A stretch of 64,000 nt of DNA from Eledone cirrhosa (GCA_964016885.1 OZ024741.1:288610001-288674000), one strand, 5' to 3'. Shown: positions 1 through 15,787, counted from the stretch's first letter. The notes: generated by a model from the letters alone, not told the origin. Program-made: numbers and translations.

Positions 1-456
1 TAGTCCCAACGCGCATCTAGGATTCCATTCCAGTCCCCCACTAAAAGCAGGGAACGCGACGTTCCTAGAAAAGTCTCCAGACGTTGGAAGAAGTCGGCTC
101 TCTCCGCCCCGAAGGGAGCATAAAGACCGACCAGTCTGAAAGCCCCGCCTTCACCACCTCCGACGTCCAGCACCAGTAATCGACCCCCCGGGTCCGAGTG
201 AACAATCTGTACGTCGAGAGTCAGACGTTTATCCAGCAGTACGGCAACTCCCCCCCCCCGCCTCCGGGTTGACAGAGAGATGCGTGCATCTCAAAGTCAT
301 CGAAGGCGGGCGCCAGCTGTCTCACGCTGCTGATCCGACTCTCGCAAACAACCATCACATCTATACTTTGTGACCTGAGGTCACTTAGAAGCTTTGCTTG
401 CTTCCAAGCTGAGCTCAGGCCACGCGCGTTCAAACAGCCAACTCTCAATTGATCTA
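1..456 (-). pseudogene. ORF2 N-terminus (APE endonuclease) of the same LINE, frameshifted at a G10 run; runs off the window
   Basis: LRVGCLNARGL...VCESR up to the homopolymer at about 250-259, then in another frame GVAVLLDKRL...DPGGRLLVLD...LVGLYAP...LLLVGDWNGILD, which are the canonical L1/Tx1 endonuclease motifs. The frameshift could be a homopolymer sequencing error. Confidence 0.85.
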
Positions 457-2316
457 TTTTGGTGTTGAAAGTGAAGAAAGAAAAGCACTTACCTCTCCGG
501 GTTGCGTAATTTCCATGGCATCAGGTGTGTTGGGTGGAGGGATGTTTTGTGGTGGTGTGGGGGTACACGTGTGTGGTGGGGTTGGGGTATTTGGAGTTGT
601 GTCAGGGAGAGGGGCGGTTATGGGGAAATCTTTCAAGAGGACGCGATTCAACGGTTTTAAACAGGGGGGGCTCACGTCCCGTCTAAATTGTTCTTTTAAG
701 GAACGATAAAGGTCCAGAGGGACCTTTATCATTTTTAAATGGGTGAAGTTCTCTGTTGAGATAAAGTTTGGCCCTTCGGTCTGCACCATAGGGTTATTGT
801 TTATTAATTTAACCAGTTTTTTGTTTTCTTTATTTATATATGTGTATTGCAACGTCTTTTTTTGTGATGCTGTCAATGTTTCGGAGAGGGGAGGCGCAGA
901 TTTATTTTTGTTTGTTGAGGGTTGGGTGTTTTTGATTGGAGTTGGTGTTTGTGTGTGGGTTATTTGTGGTGTGCTGGGTGTGTGTTTTCTTTTTTTTCTT
1001 TTAACTTGTCTGAAGGCTTCTCCTCCTTCTTCTTCAGAAGTTGGGGGAAACTCTTCAGCGCTAGGTGGGAGGGACGTGTTGTGTGGTTGTTTTTTTTTTG
1101 CGGGAGGGGTAGATTTGTTACTGTTTTTTTTATTATTTGTTTGGAATGGGTTTTGTGGTGGTGGTGGTGGTAATGTTTGTGTCGTGCTTGTGGTTGGTAA
1201 TGGTGGTGGTGATGTTTGTGTTGTGGTTGGTGGTGGTGATTTTTGTGTCGTGCTTGTGTTTGGTGCTGGTGGTGGTGATGTTTGTGTTGTGTTTGTGGTT
1301 GGTGGTGTCTGTATTTTGTTTGCTGTGTGTGGTATTAGTGTATTTTTGGAGGTGGGTGGTGCTGGTGTACTGTTTGTGGTGGGTGTGGGCAATAGTCCTT
1401 TTTGGGGGATACGTTTCGGGCAGTTAGCCTTAACGTGTCCCCTTTCCATGCATAAATAGCATGCTGGTCTTCTCCCCTCTACAATTATGTCTATTGGGGT
1501 AAGGTCATCCAGCCAGATGCGATCCGGGATTTGTGCTATTCTTTCGGGCCTCATTTGGACTAGTATGTCGAGGCCCATTCCCAGGAACGCATCTCCAGTT
1601 GCCTTCCCCATTGACAGCATAGTGTCTTCGCCCATATCAATGAAGCCAGCAATAGCCCACCAGAAGTCCATTGTGGGCAGCATTGTTTTTACTTTTATCC
1701 TCTGTGTTCTTCTACCCATGTAGGAGGGATAGAAGCTATATGTTGTCGACGAGAGTGGGCTTAGGGAAAGCTGAACCGCCGTTTCTTTGTCTCTTGTTAG
1801 GACCGAAATGCTGCCATAGAGTCGGTCCTTTCGTATGAAGAGAATATTCTTCATATAGTCTTTTAGGACTAACTCTATTTCCATTTGGCTGGGCTGTGCT
1901 GGCTTTCTTGACTGGTTTAGTATAGTTCTGTATATAACTGTGTTTTCTGCTCTGGCTTTCTTGAATTCTGGGGGGGAGTTAATGGAAAACATTCCGTTTT
2001 CCCCCAAAACAATATGTTTCTTTGCTTCGGCCAGTTTTTCTCTGGCGGCAGTTAGGTCAATTGGTGTGTATGTAATGGATTGCTTTGTTTTCTGGGCGAA
2101 AGTTGCCCTGTCGTTATTTGTATTATTTTCTGTTTGTTTGTTTTCTGTTTGCTCATTTTCCTTAACATTTGTTTTTTCATTTTGTTTGTTTGTTTCAATG
2201 TCTAATTTTGTTGTAATTATTTTTTGTTCTTCAGACTTGGGGGGCGTGGCAGAGCTAATGGCAGACATGTCTGCCATCTTTTCCGCCATGCTGCCAAGAA
2301 AGAAATTTTTCGGCAA
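454..2316 (-). CDS. ORF1 (gag-like nucleic-acid-binding protein) of a Tx1/L1-clade non-LTR retrotransposon
   Basis: 620-aa open frame with a CX2CX4HX4C zinc knuckle (CYLCMERGHVKANC), then a Pro/Thr-rich region and a basic patch (VKRKKRK); lies directly upstream of an APE endonuclease frame. Confidence 0.85.
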   Translation of the reverse strand: MPKNFFLGSMAEKMADMSAISSATPPKSEEQKIITTKLDIETNKQNEKTNVKENEQTENKQTENNTNNDRATFAQKTKQSITYTPIDLTAAREKLAEAKKHIVLGENGMFSINSPPEFKKARAENTVIYRTILNQSRKPAQPSQMEIELVLKDYMKNILFIRKDRLYGSISVLTRDKETAVQLSLSPLSSTTYSFYPSYMGRRTQRIKVKTMLPTMDFWWAIAGFIDMGEDTMLSMGKATGDAFLGMGLDILVQMRPERIAQIPDRIWLDDLTPIDIIVEGRRPACYLCMERGHVKANCPKRIPQKGLLPTPTTNSTPAPPTSKNTLIPHTANKIQTPPTTNTTQTSPPPAPNTSTTQKSPPPTTTQTSPPPLPTTSTTQTLPPPPPQNPFQTNNKKNSNKSTPPAKKKQPHNTSLPPSAEEFPPTSEEEGGEAFRQVKRKKRKHTPSTPQITHTQTPTPIKNTQPSTNKNKSAPPLSETLTASQKKTLQYTYINKENKKLVKLINNNPMVQTEGPNFISTENFTHLKMIKVPLDLYRSLKEQFRRDVSPPCLKPLNRVLLKDFPITAPLPDTTPNTPTPPHTCTPTPPQNIPPPNTPDAMEITQPGEVSAFLSSLSTPK

Positions 2317-2698
2317 AAATAGATATTTATTTTACCCCCTAAAAAGGGGGTAAATGCAAAAATGTTTCCCTAAATAACAGGGGTTAGTGTTCCAAATGTG
2401 TTGCACTAAAAAATTTATCCGGTACTTACAATAGTAAGGGTAAATCCCGATGGAATAGCGGAGCCGATGCGAAGCGTGTCTTACTCTATCAAGATAGATA
2501 GATAGATAGATAGATAAACTAGTAGAGGAAGAGGAATAGACAGAATGCATAAGAAGTAAAATAACTATAAAAACATAAGTAGGAAAAAAGAAAACCACCG
2601 TTCAAATGTTTCACCATATACACACATATAAACGCAGACGTACTCATATACACATCTACACATGCCGACATTCACACACAGACACACACACACACACA

Positions 2699-2747
<49 letters not shown>

Positions 2748-3373
2748 ACTTGAATACTAGTTCATGGAGCTATACACACCAAATCACACATGTACCTCAC
2801 ATACACATAACACTAACTTACAAACACGTACATGCACCTATACACATAGAAAAACACATATATCCACACATATATACACATATCACGCAAATACAAGTCT
2901 AACCACCCACACAAACACATTCATTACCAACGTAGATGTATACATATATTTTAACTTACAAACACGTACATGTAGCTACATACAGAAACAAGTATAACCA
3001 CATACATGTACTCATCATCACACAGATACACAGATACACACATACACACACAAACACTCACAAACACACACAAACACGCACATTACATACGCTGACACAC
3101 ACATTAGGCATGTAAATATTCCTTCACTGAAGACTTCGTGAGAAGATGTCTGTCGATTCGTTTTCTTTTGATTCCAATGTCGTACCATATCGACGTAAAC
3201 TAAAAACATTCTTCAGCTACTGACACAGACGATGAACAAATCTTACTTCCGGTGTCCATTCTTTTTCTTCTTTCCTGAATCACCATTTCAACCAGTTTCC
3301 TTTTGCAACAAAACAGATCAGAGTTGTTTAACGAAAAAAGAACAGATAGATTCAACTTCATTGATATACATAC

Positions 3374-3468
<95 letters not shown>

Positions 3469-3491
3469 AGTACATATATATATATATACAA

Positions 3492-3526
<35 letters not shown>

Positions 3527-3944
3527 TAGATATACAAGTATATATATACAAGTGTATATATATATACATATATATATATATGTGTGTGTGTGTGTGTATT
3601 CTTCGTCACCTTGTTTTTTTATGTTTGTGGCTTGGAATATAGTAGTAGTTGTTATTGTATTGCTTCCGGTTTTAGTATTATTGTTGTTTGTAGTAGTGTT
3701 GTTCGCGTCAGTTTCATTGTTGGTAGTTTTTGTTGTGAGTAAGCGTTTAGATTCAATGTGACATTCACGTTTCATTTCTTCAATGGTAAAATACATATAT
3801 TCAGACGAAAACGTTATCTAATCTACATATATACACACGCGTACGCATAGATACACATGTACAGAGCTCTCTCTATACACACACTCACACTCACACAAAC
3901 ACACACACACATATACATATATGCGTGTATATATATATATATAT

Positions 3945-4128
3945 AACGAAGGAAGTGTGGTAAGGAACCAGGTGGACCATAACGCACTAGAGTACTCAAA
4001 CTTAGGGTAGTAGAGTGGGTAATAAGAAAATATTTAAGCCCGACGGCAGAGCTCAAGCCATTTCGACAGCTATTCCTGGAATAGACGTCGAAAGGGCTTG
4101 AGCTCTGCCGTCGGGGTTAAACATTTTC
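3945..4128. mobile_element. Short fold-back PLE derivative, family A, in (TA)n
   Basis: About 78-nt tail (AACGAAGGAAGTGTGGTAAGGAACC...) plus a palindrome at 4026-4128 centred on 4077; same sequence as the termini of the Penelope remnant at 27671-29310. Confidence 0.8.
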
Positions 4129-4654
4129 ATATATATATATATATTGTTATACTTGGGGAGGGTCATATTGCCAGAATTATTAACAGAACACACTAATAAC
4201 AGAACACACTATATATATATAGATCTATAAAAGCCTGCTAATATATTATGCGTGACTCAGAGTTTCCTGATATCTGGTTACAACTCACATAAATATCTAC
4301 GAACCCTGAACTATAACTAAAAGAATATTCCAAAAAAATGGAACAGAACAACAGAGTTTCTTCTCTCAGTGCTTATCATCACAGAAGGAAACTCCCTTAG
4401 TTGTAGTCCAATCGCCGTAGATTTAAAAGTTGTTTGCAGCCAGGTATTATGAAACGCCGTATCACCGAAATGTATTAACAGTTTGGTTTGATATAAATAC
4501 GTATATTTCACCTCTATAAGTCGTTATTGAGTACTTTTATCCTTTAACATATGTAATTTTCGTGGTCTGTTACACACGCGAACACACATATATATATATC
4601 TATATATATACAATACAAGGACGCTTTGTTAAGCCTTCATTGCGTTTATTGGTT

Positions 4655-4739
4655 GATGACGCGCGTTTCGCTATTGAATAGCTCAAGGTTCGATCTGTAT
4701 CGATCTGGCTCGACTCTGGAATCAAAAGCTCGTCGGACC
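4655..4739 (-). ncRNA. Degenerate type I hammerhead ribozyme with long stem II insert (family D)
   Basis: Minus strand GGT-CCGACGA-GCT...AGC-GAAAC-GCGC-GTC-ATC; core has U4>C; stem III is the palindrome ACGCGCGT. Confidence 0.55.
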
Positions 4740-4753
4740 TCTGCTATTGTAAT

Positions 4754-4975
<222 letters not shown>

Positions 4976-5979
4976 ACACACACACGCACACACATATATA
5001 TATATATATGTAAATATATAAATATAAATATATATATATATAAGAGAGAGAGAGAAAGTTAAATAGATCTACATAACCATATTATCCCTTCCCCGTCCCC
5101 ATTGCCGAGAGAAGGAAAATCAATGAAATAATTAGGAAGATAGACTTTAGATGGATCGATAGGGGGCGACAGACAAAATGGTGAGTAGGGGTAGTTTTAA
5201 AAGATTAATAGAGAAGTTGAAAAGAAGGCAAATTTAAGAATTAGTCAGTTCTTTTAGTTAATCGAAGAGAGAGGAAGGAGTGAAGAGTGTTTGTTTGTGT
5301 GTGTGTGTGTGTGTGTGCGTCTGTGTGTGTACGCGAGAGAGAAAGACAAAGAGAGCGAAGTAGAAAGAGGGAGAAAAGAGTAGAAATACACAGATGGAGA
5401 AAGATAGAGATATTTAGGAGATATGTATGTCACTGGCAGTGTTGTGAGAGAAACAGAAAACCTTTAAATCTACCAATAAGAAACCCTTCTTCCCCACATT
5501 CCAGACATAGACCTTTTCTTCCAGAAACAGAACAGAGAAGGTTGACAAGGAAGCAATTATCACTAAGTGGAAGAATACAGGATTAAAAAAAAAATCTTTT
5601 GCTGTCGCCAAAGCCGAAAATTACAGAACGAAGAAACTGGAAATAGCAAAATGGACGTCCATTAAAATCTCGTAATAGACTATGGCAGTATTTTCAACGG
5701 AAACTAAGTGTATATATGATTGAATCATAGTGACATGGTGGACTAGAATGTCATCATTTTAATACTGATGTTTGCAACTTTTAACGCCAGCTGGTCTGTG
5801 ATAGGAGCAAACTTCCTCGGATCTTAAAATTCGATATTTTTTCCACTTCAATTTAACGAAACACTGGACAATTTACGTACAACAATTGTAGTTTTGACAT
5901 GGGCGAGATTAAACATCTAGCTATATAATGATACAGATGTATAGCTGAAAATTCTGAAAGCACCTTTATACATATGTAC

Positions 5980-6024
<45 letters not shown>

Positions 6025-6269
6025 TATATATGTATGTATGTATATATAAGTGTATGTGTGTATATATGTATGTATGTATGTATGTATATAAGCATGTACA
6101 CAGACACACACACTCATATATATATATATACATATATGATAAAATTATACCTGTATATACACGGATTAGAGAGAGGTAAACGAGACTGCGTATGTGTATA
6201 TAAATTTACACATTGAGTGTAAAATTCTATACACATTTACGCATTCTCGGTTATCTCTAGTCTGTATAT

Positions 6270-6332
<63 letters not shown>

Positions 6333-6598
6333 TAAGAAAGGACAAGTCAACGAACGGAAATACGACAAAATGAAAAACAATTTTTTAAGGTGAAACCTTA
6401 AAAAACTTTTAAAAAAATAAATATACAAACGAAGGACACAGAACTCCATGGTCATCGGCTGTTGAGATGGACTTGGGCAGTTTTGACCTCTACCAAAGGT
6501 ACTGCTGGGCCATCTGGTAGAAGCAAAATTTATAGTCATTAAGCTACAAACACATACAATTTTAGTGTGACGTTAGGGAAAATATATATACATATACA

Positions 6599-6649
<51 letters not shown>

Positions 6650-6796
6650 TTTCCTCCTCCTCCTTCAAGTTTGACCTGTGTGTAATTCTTTTCTCGCGCG
6701 GTCTTGACCGAGCTGGTATGGAATTCTTTTCTCTCTCTCTTTCGTCTGCGACTTCACAAAACTTGCGTTTACCGAATTCGTAGACCAGACCCCTTT

Positions 6797-6848
6797 ATCT
6801 TCTTCTTCTTCTTCTTCTTCTTCTTCTTCTTCTTCTTCTTCTTCTTCT

Positions 6849-6895
<47 letters not shown>

Positions 6896-6968
6896 TTCTT
6901 CTTCTTCTTCTTCTTCTTCTTCTTCTTCTTCCTCTTCTCTCCTTTCTCTCTCTCTCTCTCTCTCTCTT
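6797..6968. repeat. (TTC)n then (TC)n microsatellite
   Basis: Seen directly. Confidence 0.95.
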
Positions 6969-7265
6969 TTCCCCCCCGTCAAACTTGGGCGAAATTCTTT
7001 CCTTGCTCACATTTCAACCAGGTTTGATGGTCTTTCGTCTCTTGTTCACGATTTCACAGAGTTTATATTCATAGAGATCTGGGACTTGTCTATTTCTACT
7101 CACTTTCCGTTGCTTAAACTTTTTTGTTGTTACTCTAGCGTCCCCCTTTGTTTACGTGTCCCAACGACTTTTTTTAGCCGTTGTTCGCACCAACCTGAGG
7201 CATATGGCCCTTAAAGCGATGAAATGCCGAGGACGGTTGGAGGGTCACTGATGAAGGACTCACTT

Positions 7266-7328
<63 letters not shown>

Positions 7329-7442
7329 ATATATCACATATATGTATGTTCGTTTATATTTGTACAACACTGACGAGCGTATTTATGAATGTCTGTAAAG
7401 GCGTGTCTGTCTGTCTTTCCCTCTTTCTCTCTTATATGTATA

Positions 7443-7493
<51 letters not shown>

Positions 7494-7665
7494 GGTTGTT
7501 CTTCCTGTTCCTATAACCATGCCCATTACGAGCAGAGGATCCGCTAAGGTGAAACAATTGTTCTCGGTATGGTGAACTAACTGTTGTGTAACCACTTCTA
7601 CCTAACTCGTCCCATGGACTGAGTGCTCTACCACTACGGATATTACCTTCCAGTGTTCTACCACT
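7494..7665 (+). mobile_element. Family B pLTR-like element with hammerhead (7529-7566, U4>A)
   Basis: CGAG-CAGAGGA-TCCGCTAAGGT-GAAAC-AATT-GTT-CTCG; homologous to 51096-51192 and 52098-52200 (minus); flanked by (TA)n. Confidence 0.7.
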
Positions 7666-7687
7666 ATATATATATACATATATATAT

Positions 7688-7769
<82 letters not shown>

Positions 7770-7929
7770 CCGGGTTCAGCAGTCTCGTTGGTTGAGTGGT
7801 ACAACTACTGGTTATATAATCGTATAACTTCTAATTTTAATTGGCAATGACTGTTCTGAGTTCAAACTCCTCGCGCCAAGAACATTTTTGTTTCTGGTTT
7901 TACCAACCTAGAAGGTAGATTGGAGAAAA

Positions 7930-8185
7930 AGCCCCGCTTGCATTGGTCTATTGGCTATGGCTTCCTTCAGCTTGTGCATAGAGCCCCGCTCGCCTTGGAA
8001 GCTCTATCTGTGGGTCTATGGCTTTGGCTTCCTTCAGCTTCGCTGGGCATAGAGCCCTGCTCGCCTATCAAGCCCTAGCGTTGTGTGTCTGGCTATGGGT
8101 TTCATTGGCATCGCTGGGCATTGCCCTGCTCACCTCTCAAGCCCTAACGGTGTGTGTCTGGCTATAACTTCCATTGGCTATAGCA
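7930..8185. repeat. Degenerate GC-richer minisatellite, about 55-70 bp unit, 4 copies
   Basis: Recurring GCCC(C/T)GCT(C/T)...TGGCT(A/T)T...TTC blocks starting near 7931, 7983, 8053 and 8123. Confidence 0.7.
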
Positions 8186-8657
8186 TTAATCATCCTCATC
8201 ATGTATATATACACACACTTACACACACACACATACACACACATACACACACACAAGCACACACACACACGCACACATATGGATATATATATATATATAT
8301 ATTGAGTGTGAAAACCGAAGCTCATTACTGCTATTTAGTGGATGTGTATATTTCACAAGATCTTTTTTATTGGAGGTAAGAAAACTTTAATATATATTAC
8401 AATCCGTATTTTTACTTTACAATTTTACTCTCAATTGCACAAACAGAAATAGAGAGGATTTGTTTTACATTTTATTTATTCGATACAAAAATTAAATGAT
8501 AGCATTAAATGCCAATTTTGTCATTTTCTCTTATATATGTATATATATAACTAAACTACACACACACACACATACACACACACACACATATATATATATA
8601 TAATTGTTTCTACTTTTGGCACAAGGCCAGCAATTACCCAGTGGATTACTGGTACTT

Positions 8658-8791
<134 letters not shown>

Positions 8792-8850
8792 TTGTGTGTG
8801 GGCCACTTTGTCTCTCCTTGGCAACCAATATCTTTAGACCCAGTCCGCCA

Positions 8851-8900
<50 letters not shown>

Positions 8901-8960
8901 GTTTTTGAATTTGTTTTGCGAGATTTCTTATCTGAAAACGTGTGTTGAAACAGATATTGT

Positions 8961-9278
<318 letters not shown>

Positions 9279-9938
9279 ATATATATACATACATGTGTGT
9301 GAGTGTGTTTGTGTCTTATGGGTATGTCCATGTTTGTATGTTAGTTATTTAAATGAAGAGACTAAACATTTTATCCGATCTAAATTAAGACAGTAACGAG
9401 AAAAGAAATTACCAACTTCCCCCAAAATAAAATAAATAAAACATACACACAACAAAATGACCCCAAATTAAAATTGCTAAATTATTACCATAAAAAAATC
9501 TCGAAAGCTTCATTCCCTTACTCCTCTAGAAAAAAAAAAAAAAAATAGGGCAAAACAAAAAAAATTGGAAATGAAATAAATTAAAATATTGAAAAATTTC
9601 AATTTAAAAACTATCAGGTTTAATGAGAGTTGTTAATTTATTTGATTAAAAAAATCTGTCCTTGAAATTAAAAAAAAATAAGTGAAATTAAAAGAAATGA
9701 TTTTAAAAAATGATGCAAAATGGAAGTTTTTTTTTTCAAGTGTTTCCCAGAATTAAGTAGACTATATTCTGTGTACTTTAAAACTATAATTTTTTCTCAG
9801 TTATGATATCGGGCGTGAGTTCGTATATTTTCGCTAGCTTTACTTTTCTTTCTTCACACAAATTATTATTTAAAATCATAATTCGAGTAATTATTAAAAC
9901 TGCCTCCTACACACATACACATTCACTCACACACACAT

Positions 9939-9969
<31 letters not shown>

Positions 9970-10554
9970 CACACAAAACACGCACACCAACAGAAACAAG
10001 CAAACATACAAGCAAACTAATAAAAAAATCATTAGATTAAAACCAAAATTTTTCTTACAAAGATTCTGAAATTAAACAAATTTATTATTGTTTTTTGACA
10101 GATAATGGCGAAGATTTCTTCTTCAGCAAAAAAAAAAAAATCTTGTTTTACCTCACTTCCAGCCACCCAAATATTATCTCTTTGCTTGCTTAACTCTTAA
10201 CGTCCTGTATCACATGAAACCACATTAGCATGGTATTCTTAAAAAAGTACAAAACAGCTCATTGGCTGTAAAGGATTCACTTTAGGTGCTCCAGTCCACT
10301 CAAATGGCGACAGTGAATTCTACTTGTAATTCAAAAGAGCAGACTTGTCACATTGTCTCATGCTTAATCTTCCTGGGGAATACATTAAAGGTACACGTGT
10401 CTGTGGAATGCTCAGCCATATACATTTTAATTTCACGAGGAGGATGTTCCGTTGATTAAATTAACTGTAGAACTCGTCGTCTGAAACGTCGGACGTCCAA
10501 TATATGGCACGATGCAAATTTTCGCAATAATCTGTTCTCATAATATACATGTTT

Positions 10555-11572
10555 GAAATCATTTTTTCTACTTTTGGCACAAGGCCAGCAATTACCCAGT
10601 GCATTACTGGTACTTTATTCTATCGACCCCGTAAGGATGAAAGGCAAAGTTAACCTCGGCGAGATTTGAACTCAGAACGTAAAGGACCATAACTCTATAC
10701 TGCAAAGCATGGTGTATGACAATAATGATTTCTAGTATAGGCACGAGGCCAGTAATTTGGGGGAGGGGAGGGGAAAGTCGATTAAATCGACCCAGTACGT
10801 TACTGGTGCTTTATTTTATCGATTCCGTAAGGATGAAAAACAAAGTTAACCTCGGTGGGATTGGAACTCAGAACGTAAAGGGCCATAACTGCAAAGCATG
10901 GCGTATGACAATAATGATCCCCGATACTGAGACTTAAATCGACGGAGAATTGTTTTAAAGACTCAATATATACTCTTCATAATTTTAGGAAGAATAACTT
11001 GATTTCCGAGTTCAAATCTTGTGTTGAACGTAAACATTTATTCTTAGTAAATAAAATAAAGTACCAGTTAAATATTGAGGCTGATTGTGATGATGATGAT
11101 GACGATGACGATGATGATGATGATATAGCTGTTACTGATGGTAATAATAATTATTTCTACTTTTGGCACAAGGCCAGCATTTACCCCAGAGCATTACTGG
11201 TATTTTATTTTATCGAACCTGTAAGGATGAAAGGCAAAGTTAACCTCGACGGGATTTGAACTCAGATTATAAAGGGGCGTAACTCTATGCTGTAAAGCAT
11301 GGCGTCCGACCCTCTACCGATACTGCCAATCCACCTCCATTGATAGAAATAATGGTTTCTTATATAGGCACAAGGCCAGCAATTTTGGGGAAGGGGAAAG
11401 TCGATTAAATCGACCTCAGTGCGTGACTGGTACTTTATTTTATCGATCCCGTAATGATGAAAGGCAAATCTAACCTCGGCTGGATTTGAACTCAGATCAT
11501 AAAGGGGCGTAACTCTATGCTGCAAAGCAGGGCGCCCGATCCTCTACCGATACTACCAATCCACCGCCATTG
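10555..11572 (-). mobile_element. Cluster of four near-complete copies of a tRNA-type SINE with Deu/Nin-like core
   Basis: Copies at about 10555-10715, 10720-10910, 11150-11340 and 11345-11572, each with B-box GAGTTCAAATCC and core GCCTTTCATCCTTACGGGGTCGATAAAATAAAGTACCAG (minus) and 3' GCTGGCCTTGTGCC...AGAAA; a partial copy lies at 8603-8660. Confidence 0.85.
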
Positions 11573-12034
11573 ATGGTAATAATAATGGCAGTGGTGGTGT
11601 CTCTGTTGATGTATATATGTTCACATGATGAAGATGAACATATAAATCCTTACCATTCTCGTCATCTCTATCCATTTCCCCCTTGTTCCTCCCGTTTCTC
11701 ATCCTTTGTCTACCATTATTAGTAACATCACCGCCATCAACAAGAAATAGGACATCGTAAACAACAAAAATACTAAAAAAATATATATACAATATATACA
11801 ATATATACAATAGTGACAATATTAAGACAAAAAATAGAAACAATCATAAAAATAGTCGCCTATCCGCCCTCTATCGACACGAGAAGAGAAAACAAAACAA
11901 GAGAAGATAACTTTAACAAATACCAAACTAATTTAATTATATGAAGATGTCAACGATAAAAAATATCAAACAAAAGAGGAAGAATCACTGCAAGGACTTT
12001 TGTAACTAATTTCTTGTGTTTGTATATTGTTATA

Positions 12035-12084
12035 CTATTGTTGTTGTTGTTGATATTGTAGTTATTGGTGACGGTGGCATTGTT

Positions 12085-12131
<47 letters not shown>

Positions 12132-12192
12132 ACTTCATGTTGTTGTTGTAGATGCTATTGTTGCTGTTACTGTTGTTGTTTGCTGCTGTTGC

Positions 12193-12223
<31 letters not shown>

Positions 12224-12542
12224 ATTGCTGCTGTTACTGTTGTTGTTTGCTGCTGTTGCTGATGATGTTGTTGTTGTTATTGCTGCTGTTGCTGTTGTTG
12301 TTATTGTTGCTGTTGCTGATAATGTTGTGTTATTGTTGTTACTGTTGTTGTTGTTGTTATCGCTGCTGCTGATGATGATGATGATGTTGTATTATTGCTG
12401 CTGTTGTCATTGTTGTTGTTGTGCCGTTGCTGTTGTTGTTGTTGTTGCTGCTGCTGTTGTTGTTGCCGTTATTGTTGTTGTTGTTGTTGCTGCTGCCGTT
12501 GTTGTTATTGTTGTTGTTGCTGCTGTTGTTGTTGTTATTGTT

Positions 12543-12585
<43 letters not shown>

Positions 12586-12721
12586 ATGATGTTGTTGTTG
12601 CTGCTGTTGTTGCTGCTGTGGTTGTTGTTGTTGCTGTTGTTGTTGTTGCAGCTGCTGCTGTTGTTGTTGTTGCTGTTGTTGCTGCTGTTGTTGTTGTTGC
12701 TGCGGCTGCTGCTGCTGCTGC

Positions 12722-12791
<70 letters not shown>

Positions 12792-12926
12792 GCTGTTGTT
12801 GCTGCTGTGGTTGTTGTTGTTGCTGCTACTGTTGTTGTTGTTGTTGTTGCAGCTGCTGCTGTTGTTGTTGTTGTTGTTGCTGCTGCTGTTATTGTTGTTG
12901 CTGTTGTTGTTGTTGTTTTTGTTGTT

Positions 12927-12957
<31 letters not shown>

Positions 12958-13125
12958 ATGTTGTTGCTGCTGTTGTTGTTGTTGTTGTTGCTGTTGTTGT
13001 TGTTGCTGCTGCTGCTGTTGTTGTTGTTGTTGCTGTTGCTGTAAAGTGAATGTTTCTTGTTCGTTATAGGACGTTGCCATTTTTGTTGTCGTGGATAGTG
13101 TTGTTGTTGTTGCTGTTGTTGTTAT
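12035..13125. repeat. (GTT/GCT)n imperfect trinucleotide tract
   Basis: Seen directly. Confidence 0.95.
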
Positions 13126-13248
13126 TACTATTATCATTATTACATTTATTATGACATTATATAATTATTATTGTCCTTTTAGCCTAATTATTATTTTTAC
13201 CATATTTATCCTTGTTAGAATCGTCCTCAGTATCATCCCCAATCATCG

Positions 13249-13307
<59 letters not shown>

Positions 13308-13393
13308 GCTACTGCTACTACTACTACTACTACTACTACTACTGCTACTACTACTACTGCTACTACTACTACTTCTACTACTACTGCTACTGT

Positions 13394-13460
<67 letters not shown>
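13249..13460. repeat. (CTA)n microsatellite
   Basis: Seen directly. Confidence 0.95.
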
Positions 13461-13639
13461 GTTCTTGTTATTGCTATTGTTGTTGTTGTTATTAATATTA
13501 GTGTATAATGCCTGCCGCTGTAAAAAAATACAAGTAATATAAAAACATTTTATTTTCCCCTTCTTTCTCCTATTATTTTCGTTATTTGATTATATTACAA
13601 TTATGTTCTATGTATTTCTTAGAAAAATATTTATATGGA

Positions 13640-15260
<1,621 letters not shown>

Positions 15261-15787
15261 TGTTTGTATGCGTGACACATTCGCGCAAGGAAATCAAATT
15301 ATAAAAACAAAAAGGCAACAAACATATAAATAAATAAATTTCATTATACTATTGGCTCAATTAGTCATTCCAAATTCAATTAACACAATGAGACGGAGAT
15401 TGTTCTCGACGTGGCTCAGGCGGCTGCTTTGCAATACACTTTATTTATGATGGTAAAGCTGACGTTTGGCAACCGCAAGTTCAGATCAGGCCACAGTAAA
15501 ATCTGTCATTTTATTTAGCAGATTTAGTTGTCTTTGGTGTTTAAACCCTGGTTAGCTCTAATTGAGCTTACCTTTGAACAACACTATTCCATCTTTCCTG
15601 CTTTGTCAGGCAGCTTATCTCATTATATTTTTGAATCTTTTGTAAAGAGAGTAGGATGGGATTTAGGATAAAAGTTTGGATATTATCTCTAACAACTAAA
15701 GTGACCTCTTATCGTTTCCCTCGTTAGATGAGAGTATAGATAGCTGCCAATAATATATTTGTTATTGCGTATCAGTGCACAAATGAT

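Larger units (their letters stand above)
1..2490 (-). mobile_element. Tx1/L1-clade LINE, 5' portion (5'UTR, ORF1, start of ORF2)
   Basis: Two-ORF layout; the 5' boundary is inferred where the sequence abuts an (AGAT)n tract at about 2492-2516. Confidence 0.8.

Noticed and set aside
454-492. Apparent mini-intron on minus (GAG|GTAAGT...pyrimidines...TAG) that might fuse ORF1 to ORF2
   Set aside because: It is 39 nt, so removal keeps the ORF1 frame and meets TGA two codons later; nearby AGs do not give the ORF2 frame either
449-2353. Plus-strand ORFs 449-709, 743-1459, 1487-1723 and 1940-2353
   Set aside because: Antisense shadows of the A/C-rich ORF1
3945-4128. Family A palindromes as miRNA precursors or DNA-transposon MITEs
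   Set aside because: One-sided tail, variable centres and identity to the pLTR of the PLE remnant fit retro-insertion better; hairpin small-RNA production is not excluded
4240-4275. GAAAC-TCTGA-GTC on minus, a hammerhead 3' half
   Set aside because: Could not find a matching CUGANGA and stem I upstream
10250-10500. Complex segment resembling a decayed interspersed repeat
   Set aside because: Single copy in this window with no diagnostic motif I can support
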